Shown piece by piece: positions 13,101 to 28,300 of a stretch of DNA of 64,000 nt (its first letter is position 1; every line of letters starts with the position of its first letter). Source of the DNA: Zygnema circumcarinatum SAG 698-1b. Lineage: Eukaryota; Plantae; Zygnematophyceae. Under the pieces are notes generated by a model. The model was given only the letters and a program-made list of their open reading frames with translations. It did not search any database and was not told where the DNA came from. Location: positions 1,426,001-1,490,000 of the forward strand of contig CM074814.1 of NCBI GenBank assembly GCA_037447605.1. The letters run 5' to 3'. A program made the translations under genes and the position numbers.

Positions 13101-16100
13101 CCAGAAGTATGTACAGGTGGGCCTTATCTTAGCATTTACCCGCAGTGATTCCAGCATGTATACAAACTGAAAAGCTACATGAAAGGGCTTTACTAGGTGT
13201 AGGTGCTACATTTATGAGTGCCACCGTCCCTTCGTTTTTTCTCCCTCCCTCCTTTTCCTTTTTGTGCATATCGTTCCCCTGCCTACCTCTCCGTCCTTCT
13301 CCTACACTCCAACGCACCTTAATCGGCTCTGCCTCTCTCACACGCTTTCCCTCCGCCCCCCCTTCCTCCCTCCCTCCCTCTCCCACATATGTAATGTTTA
13401 TATTGATTGGCTTTAACTTGACTTGTCTGTGCCATTTATGGTGCTTTGCAGCCTCATCAGCGGGATGTGACCCAACTTCTTGCGACTGCAGTGCAGGCAT
13501 GCCACGATCATGTAAGCTGCAAAAATGACCCGGTTAGGGTGACTCTTTGTTGGATGCATGGACTATAGGTTGTTGGAAGAGATTTACGCCGGGGGAAAAG
13601 GGGGTAGTTTTTGGGGAGATTAGGGTGATTAGAGTATCTTGCGGTTAACATGTTGTATAAGAAGAGTGGGGTGTTTTCAGGTGCCGCCAGATGCAGTTGA
13701 ATCGCTGCTTCGTCAATTAGTTAATCAGTTCGTACACGATCGAGCAAGACCCGAGGTGAGAATTTGGTTTCAGTATCTTTGTCAGCAGCCACTTCTGTTT
13801 CCCACTTTGCAGCTCAGCAGCTTTCACACCATTGATACGTTACTGACTAACAGAAATTGTGATGGCTGCATATGTTGAAATCAGGTCATAGCTGTTGGAC
13901 TTAATACAGTGCGGGAGATGTGTGCACGCATGCCACTAGTACGTCTCTATAAACCTCATCTTCCCCTTCCTCCCTTTACCTTGATGCCAATTTCCCGCTC
14001 ACTCTCCCAATTGCTTTCTCATCCCTTTCCCTTTTTTTCCGCCTCTTCTCGCTTCTCTCCTTAGCCTTGGCGTATCCCCCTCCCTTTCGTCCTTTTTCCA
14101 CTCTCGTTCTTGTTCCTTCCCCTCTTGCGATTGGTCTCTGTCCTTTTCCCCTCTCCCACTTGCTGACCTCAGCTCCTTCATCGGTTGGGTTGCAGCTTAT
14201 GACGGAAGAACTTCTGCACGATCTCGCTCTGTACAAGAAAAGCAAGGAGAAGGCTATTGTTTCCGCAGCTCGGTCTATTATAGGCCTTTTCCGGGAGGTG
14301 AGATGCTTGAATTGGCCGAAGCAGCTTAAATCTGGGATATCCACTGTCGCATTTGCAGCAATTATGTTGAGAATTCTCTCTTCTGATGTGTTGGTGGCAC
14401 CCCCTGCTCGCGAGTTGTGAAACACTTTTCAGTACTCGGATGTTCCTTGTTGAATACACACCACTTTTTCTGACCAAGTGAGTGAGTTGGTTGGTGGAAT
14501 AACAGCTTGCACCATCTCTGCTCGAGAAAAAGGATCGAGGTCGCGGGGCAGACATTACAGCGACTCTGAAGGCATATGGGGAGGCAAAAGATGTGATGGA
14601 AAGTGTTCCGGGGATAGAGTTACTGCATGAAGCTTCAGAAGAGGAGGAGGAGGAGGAGGGTGATGAGGACCAAGAAGAAGATGGAAATGATTCAGATGAG
14701 GAACCGAAATCTGCTGAAGTCGAGAAGAATGGAATACTAGCAATGTCGGAAGATGGTTCTGAGGGGGGAGAGGATGATGAGGGCGAAGAGGATGGAGAGG
14801 AGGAAGAGGAGGAAGATGACGCAGATGAGAACGATGATGACGAGGACTTGGAGATGCAGGAGGAAGTAGAAGATGCTTCGGAGGATGAAGGCATGAGTGG
14901 GAGTCAATTAGACTCAGAGGATGAAATCGACGGGCAAGCTGATAGTGGGAGTAGGCTATTAGCGGCAGAAACCGCTGCAGAAAGGGCTGGTAAAGATGAG
15001 ACTGACACTGCAGAGGAGGGAAACCAAGAGAGTGCCGAAATATCAGACCAGATTCAAATTAATGGGGAGGACAAGGGGAGTGGAGACAAGCAAGGGGTGG
15101 AAGGGACTGCTGTTGAAGGGACAAGCCTACGAGCTTTGAAGAAACTTGCAGGTGATAAGCTGAAACCAAAACAGGTTGAATCGGCAACTACCACTGCAGG
15201 AGAGGAGGATGGTTTCCTTTCCAACGAAGACTTCCAGCATATTCGCCGCGTGCAGGTCTGTTTAATACCCTGAAAGAGGCTTTGGTCACGCCTGTGCTGA
15301 AGGGGCAATCAGAAGTTTACCCTGAGGTTGAGTAAACCAGAAGAATTCGGGAGGCTGAATCCTTTTGCTGAAATTGCTGAAGTTACTCGTTCAAAGTATG
15401 CTGATTTTGCTTTTTGATTTTTGATTTTGTTTTTTTTTTTTTCTGCTCGCCCTGACTCAAATTAGCCAGCAATTCCGAGTTAAGATGTAAAATATCATTG
15501 CATTCGAGGAGTCAAAGATTAATATAAAGAGTATCCTTTGTTTGTTTGTTGCTTTTGGAAACGCGCAGGCAAAGCGGGCAGTAGAAACAGCCATGGCTCG
15601 GCATGGTCTGAAACGGGGGAAAAATGGAGATGTACAACCTTCTGTAACAGCAAATCTAGCTAATTTGAGTGAAAAGAGAGTGGACCCTGCCGCTCTTGAG
15701 GTGAGTTCTACTGCTGTTTTCCTAATGCGCTGTGTTGTCTGAGGAGGATGGGAATGAATATGGTGTCGTAATGTCCGGAGCCTCTGTCATTCCAAAGGAA
15801 GCTTGTAAGGGAAAGCATTAAAGTAACCCAGTTTCCTGCGCTCTGCGTTTGCAGGCTTCTATCAAGAGAAAACGGGAGAAGGAGGAGCGCATGTCTAGTG
15901 TTATGGCGGGGCGTGAAGGCCGGGAATTTTGTGCGAAGGCGGCCTTAAAGCAGAAAAAGGTGCATATCTGAACTGAGGAAAAGAGTCAAGCAATTGCATG
16001 GAGCAACGGAAACTGTGCTGCAGTTTGTCTTTTCGGAATCTTGGGGCAAGGTGGGGGGGGGGTATTTTAGAACCAATCACTAAAAAGACTGGGAAAGGCT

Positions 16101-16375
16101 TGGATCAATCTATCAAGAGGCGTGTTGGTCAGAATCAAGGAGGAGGAAGGAAGGGTGATGAAGTATCATTATCTTTTGTTTCTGTCACTGATATTAACAA
16201 TGTCCATACTTGTGGGATGGGGCAGAGTGGGGGCTTGACGAACCGGGAGAAGCAAAGGAGGAAGAAGGTGCCCTTGGGTGTGCACAGGCAGCAGATGAAG
16301 GTGCGAGCCTCAAGTAAGAGAGGGGGCAAGGGCGGAAGTAAAGGGTTCAAAGGCAAGAAGGCTTGGAAGAGCTAG
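10157..16375 (+). CDS. SDA1: SDA1 homolog (pre-60S ribosome biogenesis factor), multi-exon
   Basis: N-terminus [19 protein letters not shown]...QVASCYP, then [83 protein letters not shown], an acidic tract (14590-14930), [11 protein letters not shown] and a basic C-terminus [12 protein letters not shown]...KAWKS*. Confidence 0.95.
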
Positions 16376-16512
16376 GCGGCAGGGTGAGCCAGCTTCCGCC
16401 AGTGGCATGTGATCGAGGTTGAATTCTTAACCTCGGGCTGTCGTCTCAGTCAAATCGATTCTTTTAGTCCTCAACTACATTTGTGTTCGTGTTTGAGCAA
16501 TGCGTGGTTGGT

Positions 16513-17119
16513 TGTGTCCATCTCAAGAGACCCAGGCAAACACCTGATGCCGTAGACCAACCATATCTGGAACATCTCTAAAAGGCAGTTTGATACATAG
16601 TGAACAAGTGACTAGCAACTTACCTCTGGCACGGTGAATAATGCAAGTTGGCCATAGAAAGATAAAAAAAGAAGAAGAAGAAGAAAAAAAAGGAAAAAGA
16701 TCACCAAAAAAGTCTTCCTGCAAGCAAAATGCCCTAGAAGTAGTCACAGTACAAAACGTTTGTAAACTTCTACAGCATAGCCTAGCTTTCAAATCTTGCC
16801 GAAGAAGATGCCTTGAGGAGAGTGGACCTCCACCCCGCATTATTCCATTTCAGCTTCATTTCCACTTGGAGAACATTGAAGTAAACAAATCAACCGACCA
16901 ACCAACAAAAGTCTTCTACTTGTCAAAGGTTAATTGCGTGCGTGACGAAGTCACAGGCACGACCGTAGGGAGCGCAGTGAAACTAGCGAGCGAAGCGAGC
17001 AAACACACACACAAAAAAAAAGCAAACACACAGCAACTGACGGAGGATGCACCAAGCTGTCAGCGCACACTTCATGGGTTGAACGAGAAATCGCACCTCT
17101 CGGGTTGCATGCCTTGGGC
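16513..17119 (-). pseudogene. Inverted, rearranged copy of poly(A) polymerase genomic segment 19282-19840
   Basis: The reverse complement aligns at roughly 90-98% identity by eye with PAP 19282-19840 (end of one exon, a whole intron, both ends of the next exon, 110 bp of the next intron). About 106 bp of the exon centre is replaced by an A-rich tract (16648-16690), and ~105 bp is inserted at 16911-17015. Confidence 0.92.
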
Positions 17120-17338
17120 ATGGCGTGGTCGGCCTGTGTGCGTGAAGTCCCTCGCCGCCGGTGTCCGGCAGCCGCGCACTTGCAGCACTCGCTTGCCTCC
17201 ACGGCCCGGCCCGGCCCGCGGGTGCTTTCATCTCTGATGATGGAGTCGAGCAGCGCGAGCGACTGTTAGTGGCGGGCTCGAGGCGGCCGAGGCGAGGCGG
17301 GCCATGGACAGGACAGGGCCGAGAGGGGACGAGACCCT

Positions 17339-17433
17339 GCATGCCGGCCTGAGGCGGCGGCGTCCCGTCACGGTCACGGCGGCATGGATGGGTGCATGCG
17401 CTTCCATGCATGCATGGGCATGGATGCATGCAT
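17339..17433. promoter_or_regulatory. RY-repeat (CATGCA/CATGCATG) cluster
   Basis: ctgcatgc, tgcatgc, ccatgcatgcatgg and gatgcatgcatgg lie within ~95 bp upstream of the PAP gene. Confidence 0.35.
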
Positions 17434-17631
17434 GGCTCCGAACCGACCGGAGGGAGCCGAACGGCCGCCCCGGGCAGGCAGCGACTGACCAGAGAGGGGA
17501 GCCGCAATCTCGCGGTGGGTGCCCTGGCGGCCGGGCGGCGCAAAAACTGGCCGTTTGAATAGAAACGCGTTTGAACCGCAACTCGAATTTTCGCCGGAGG
17601 ACGCATTCGACCATTCAGGCGTCGCCACGTC

Positions 17632-17662
17632 TTTAGATGACGACATAAAAACGTCATCTAAA
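17632..17662. repeat. Perfect 11-bp inverted repeat with 9-nt loop
   Basis: TTTAGATGACG-acataaaaa-CGTCATCTAAA. Confidence 0.85.
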
Positions 17663-18226
17663 CGAAACGTTTCCTGGTCGCACTGCAAACTCGACGCTTT
17701 GAAAGCCTCAGGTTTACAGGTTGCCATTTGTTCAGAATAAAATTGGCTGCTGTTGGCTGCGGATCGAACCCTGCAATTTTGTAAATGGGGTATTGTTCGG
17801 CGCGGACCAAGGCCCAAGGGGGAAGGAAGGAATCGGCGGATAGGTCAACCGCCTGTATCCAGGGCTTTCTCTTTCTGGACCTGCTGCTTGCACGTCCCTC
17901 TCCCTCTCGCTCTCCTTCTCTCCCTGAAGGCTTTTGAGCATCTCTCGGGGGGTGTCTACAGGGCGGGGAAATCAAGGTTAGGTAGGGTCTAAGAAGGCTG
18001 AGGTACGGGTTGTGTTGTGGCAAAGATGTGGGAATAGGGAGCTTCGTAACTCAAAAAAAACGGGAATTAGGGTTTCGGTTGATAGCAAGCTTCTTGTAGT
18101 TGCAGAAGAATCAGGGGAAGAGGAATTTTTGGATTAGTCTGTAGTCGGCAAGGTAGAGGCTTTGTGCTATTTTAGAGTTTCAAACTCTTACAGTTTTTTA
18201 GGGTTTCTTATTCTACACGCGTTTTT

Positions 18227-23306
<5,080 letters not shown>

Positions 23307-25050
23307 GAATCCTCACATTCGGTATCCTTTCTCGACCAAAATAATGGATCCTATATGGAACTTCTGGGTCTGTGGGATTGCCTTTCTGACCATATTCTTG
23401 TACTTAATTTGCACTTACTTGTAAGCGCATAGCGTCAATGACATTTCTATCTGTTGAAGCTTTCACCTGCCTTGTCCTGTTAACTATGGAACTGGAACTC
23501 TGCACTCTGAACTTTTTTCCATTGATTAGTGAGTGGGAACTGCAGCCAGTTTGACTGGAGAACTTGGAGGGCATAGGTTCTTCTTGACGGCTGTCCAGAA
23601 ATGTTAACTCTTTCTATGTACATAGAAAAAAATCCGTGAAATGGAACGGCCTTGGTCGTCAGCCCGGTCCTGCAGCTTTGCTCAACGACAAGGAGACGGG
23701 TGGCCTTGGCTGCACCCGCAGGTTCAGAGTCAGCTTCCACCGACCCTCCGGTGCTCTGTCTCGCCTTCTCCCATCTCTCTCTGCCCTCTGAGGAGCTCCT
23801 TTTTGGCTCTTCTCCAATGGGGCTCTCTCTTTGCTCAAGTCCCACAGAAGCAACACAGGTCAAAGCTGTAGAGGGTTTGTATTGAAGGTAACCGCTGCGT
23901 CCCTTCATCGCATGCATGCATAGACTCTGGCTTTGGTGTATGTTCCGTCTCCGTCCGTAGCAGTGATTCTGTCCTTGGAGAGAGCGTCCCTAGAGGTGTT
24001 TGTTCCGTTGCTGAGAATTGCATTTGTGTGTTATGTTGCCTAACGAGTTGAAGTCACAGTCAAGCTCGGAGTCTGTAGTCTGTAGTCTGTAATCTGTCTG
24101 GACTGGGGCTGGAATTAAGCTTTGGTCTGACTCTTTTCAGACAGATGCCGAAGTGGGTCTGTTCTGTGCAGTTTGCTCTGCTCGTGCAGGGATGGGTCGG
24201 GTGGGTGCATGGCCTGTGCCCTGAAGGGACAGAGAAAGAGAGAGCGAGAGAGAGAGAGGACTGGTGGCCCTTAGAACGTAGAGAGGAGGACAGAGGGCTG
24301 CATGCGGGAGTCTAGAGAGGACAGGGGAGGAAGGTGCTTTTAGGGGATGATGTCAGCCAGCATTGACCTGCAGGGCAGGCGTGCTTTACGTGTTTAACTA
24401 ATTCTGTAATTTTTTCATTCATCTAATAAGCAACAGGGCTGCTTGGCTTGGTTGGAACATGCTCCAGTTGAGCTGGCTGGTGCTAGTTTGAATGTTTGTC
24501 TTCCCAATCTTCTCTCTTGAAGATGAGTGTGATTGCAAATCCTTTTGGGGGCAATGTGTCCATGTGCGGATGCATGCTCCCCTTCCGGTGTTGGATCTGC
24601 CTTGTGGTGTTGGAAGTTTGCTTCGGGGGAGTGGATGCTTTTGAGAACGTGTGTTGGACACGCATTTTCGCATTTGGTCGAGAGCACGGTCAAACAATAG
24701 TCAACGGCTGCACACCTTATCCACGGCCACTTTTGAGGTGAATCCTTCACGGCAATGCTCATTCCGGAGCTAGCAGGTGCTGAGCCTCCTGTGAGAACCT
24801 TGCTGAAAGCGCTTAAAGCAGGCCCTTAGAACCCTCGAATCGTTTATGCTCTTTCTCTGCTGCCTGTACTGCACACATGAGACTTGTAAAACCTTCACAT
24901 CCGAACGGGGATGAGAACATGCGAAAAGCGAACAGTTGGAGAACTATATGTCCAAATGTTCCACTATTTTGCGCCAAATTCGTTGCTGCTCATCGGCGGT
25001 TCCGCGCTTAAAAACGAAGAAACGGTCAGCTCTTGAATCTCCCGAGCGGC

Positions 25051-25168
25051 TATCCAACGGTCTTATCTCGCCTTTGTACACGTGGCATATCCAACGTTCT
25101 AGTTTTATACACGTGGCATATCCAACGGTCTAATCTCGCCTCTGTACACGTGGCATATCCAACGGCCA
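25051..25168. promoter_or_regulatory. Tandemly repeated G-box + MSA composite module
   Basis: TACACGTGGCATATCCAACG occurs three times (25077, 25107, 25145), plus TATCCAACGGTCT at 25051. TCCAACGGCCA (25158-25168) is a perfect MSA consensus match. Confidence 0.7.
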
Positions 25169-25308
25169 TTTTCTCTGCGTCCTTCGCACGCTGCCATTGA
25201 ACGGGTGGGCCTGCCCAGGAACCCGCCACGTGTCGGCAGAGCGGCCCTCCCTGCAGCGCCAGCTGGCAGCCCCCAGGAGCGCCCCCTTCGCCCCGCGGGG
25301 CCCTTGAG

Positions 25309-28300
25309 ATGAGGCCGAGGCTCCTCCTCGCCCGCGAGGAGAGGGAGAGGGAGCCAGGTGGCGCGCCCTCGGGGCGGCATGCCCTGCTCTGCGGCCCTCC
25401 GAGGAGGTCCTCTCTCCGCGCCCTCCGCCGCGCTCTGCGCCTGCTTGCTCAAAGCCTGCGCCGAAATGTCTTTTCTGTTCAGAAGCGGCGACATTCCGTG
25501 TGCTGATGTCGGAGAGCTTGGTGTGGTTGTGCTCTGTTTTGCGTTCATGCAGTGGGAAGACTTCGCTGCTTTTTCAGTACGCGTACGGCTGCTGTGCGGC
25601 GGATCCAAGTGCTCGCGTTGTGTTCATATGCAAGCGCAGCACGCTTGAGAGGGGGCCTCCCTGCCTTCCCAAGGTGAGAGCTTCAGAGAGATTTTCCTCA
25701 TTCCCTCCCCCTCTCTCTCTCTCTCTCCCTTCCCCCCGCAATCTGTACTACTGGCCTTTGCCAAACGTTCTTGTGCAAAATCATGTTCCGCGGCGACTTT
25801 TTTTTTTCGTCGAAGGTCGTTGCTTCATCTTCTTTCATTTTCTCTTGTTTCTTCCCCTTTTTATTTCTTTTGTTTTGTCTACGGTGGCGATTTGCCGTTC
25901 TTCTCGAGCACTTTGAACCTCTTGATCGTCCCCAAGGAGAACCAGTGTGTTAGGGAGAAAGGAGAAACTGTCTTAAGCGTATTTGTTTTTTTTTTGTACC
26001 TCACTCTCCTCTAACCTTCAGAGCGCAGAATTTCCCTTTGAATGATGTTTTAAAAAAGGGAAATTGGCAACGCTTGTCGCCAAAATGGTGGCGGGGAACT
26101 CACGCGCTCGTGATCATTTGCAAAAGCTTGCTTGGCTGATCTCTTACTATCTAGTTAACTGATAATTTTAAGTCGTACAGTTTCGCTTTTCCACAAGTCT
26201 TCATGTTTCCGCGCTCTATTTGCTGACCGTCTCTCTAGGAGACTATGGATGCAGGGAGCAGACATTCGATCCGAACCATACACTCGGTTTTTCTTAAGGT
26301 GTGATTTTTGGTCTCCCTTCTGCTTCAGGCATTTTTCGGTGCCCCGAACTTACACACTTTTGCGTTCATCATGGTCACTTCGGGTTTAGCTGCCATTAGC
26401 CTCTCCGGTGTCTTTCAGAATTTTACCTCAATGCCGGGAGAAGTACGATGCATAGGTTCAAGTCTCCAGGTACCAGTAGAATAAGGAAGGTTATTTTCTG
26501 CTAGGAGGTTAAGGAAGGCATCTCGATTTGAAGCTTGGACCTGACAATGGGCTGTATGCTCATAGTCCTTTATGTGAGGTAAGGGGAAATCGCTGTGTCG
26601 TGGATTTGGGCAGGTACTTGAACACGGATTCGGACATCAGAAAGTTCTGCGCTGGTCTCGCATTCCTTGGATTTTTGCCCCGACTTATCGTGATAGACGA
26701 CTTTTTTGAGTTCTTCACTGAAAGGTCAGTACCCTTTTCTAGATGCTCTTAGCCGCAGGTGCCTCCTGCAGACTAATATCAACCGTTTCCAAGAAATGCA
26801 TTCGATATAGAATTTTCTTGCGGCTGAGGATTATAGAAAGTATTACCTTCCTTGCAACTAGCGATCATTACTGTTCCAAAGGACATCACGTTCGAGTTGA
26901 AGGCTAATACTGATCGGTCGGTGGTTTCAAGTGAAACCATCAGTTTTCAGACAGATCGTTTTGGGCCTTCAACACGATCGCGAGATCTGCACATGGTCCA
27001 AACATTGGCTTTGGCACATGACGCAGCGAACTTCGCATCGTAAGTTCCTTTTCCTTTCCAACCCTTTCCGCACTGATACTCTTGAATAGAATGTCACAAC
27101 CCGAAAACAGTGGGTATTATTGGCTCCGAAGAAGGGGGTCCAAAATTGTTAAAGTGGCGTAACTTGGCCTTATCATGAGTTGTTGCCGTGTTGGAAGATT
27201 GTTTCCATTTGTCTTGCTCTTAAGAATCATTGTCGCACTTGACCTCGTAGTCTTTTGCATCTGCAACCTGGAAATGCATTATCAGCCTAAAGCATGACGA
27301 GATTAGCAACGGCCTTTTGAGTGGTGGGCTGTGCAGTGAGCTGCTGGCCCCTCACGCAGAGTGCGAGCTCTTAGTTTCGGACACAACGGTTGGAGACTCA
27401 CCGCGGTCGATGTACATCTACTCAAGATGGCTGCCTCAGATTTTCATCATAAACGGTAGAGCGGATCGGGTGCAGGTGGACGGGAACTTTGCAAGTTATG
27501 AAGACTTCAGAAAGAGGAATTGTTGGCTTGAGTAGAGCACGTTCTGCTCCACTTGTCTTTGGTTCGGCGATCATCATAGAATTGTTTGACTGCTCATTTT
27601 ATTGGGGGTCTTGCAGTAGATGAACTTTGGGTGCTCTGTTTTGTGGGAGTTGCATTGAATGTTTTCACAGGCCATCTCTTCTCAGCTGATGGACTTTTGT
27701 GGCTTACAAATTATGCGCTCATAGACCTCGGTCTTTACGCAATGCCCATCCAAGCCAACTTTCTGGCCTTAGAATTCTTTTTAAGTGAGGATGATTGTAA
27801 TAGACAATGCCAAACATATCCTTAGATTCCCTTTCTTGAAAGTCTGCACTTTTCCAAATCCAAAAGCATGATGGAATACAAGGTTGTTTTCTAGATACAA
27901 ATAATTTTACACAAAGTTCTTCAGGTTGATCTGCACAATCTTGTACTTTTGTTAAATGGTATACGCTAGCTAAGGCGCTTCCTGGTGCTACATCGTAGGC
28001 ACATTGACATCTTAAGTAATTAAATCCATAAACATATAAAGCTACAGCTACGGAAGGCCAATCTTCTGGTCTTACTTCAATTGTTTCCACTCCTTGATAA
28101 TCAAATCCTAAAGGTCTATGTGGTAACTTATGCGTTACAAGCCAAGCAGACAAACGTCCTTGCATTTGTGAAAAACTTGAAAAATACAGATTGGTCATTG
28201 CATACCTCCTGTTCCATTTTCTTCTGCATTGGTATATATCTTCTCGTATGATTGTGGTTCATTAATGAGTAAGGTATTTTCTGTAACAGCCTCAAAAGAG

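Noticed and set aside
14178-14894. 238-aa Ser-rich minus-strand ORF
   Set aside because: Antisense shadow of the SDA1 acidic exon.
16523-17237. ORFs 16523-16840 (-) and 16641-17237 (+) as genes
   Set aside because: They are translations of the inverted PAP intron/exon copy.
23790-23830. miR159/319-like precursor (GAGCTCCTT...)
   Set aside because: No mature TTGGA(C/T)TGAAGGGAGCTC arm found at a suitable distance.
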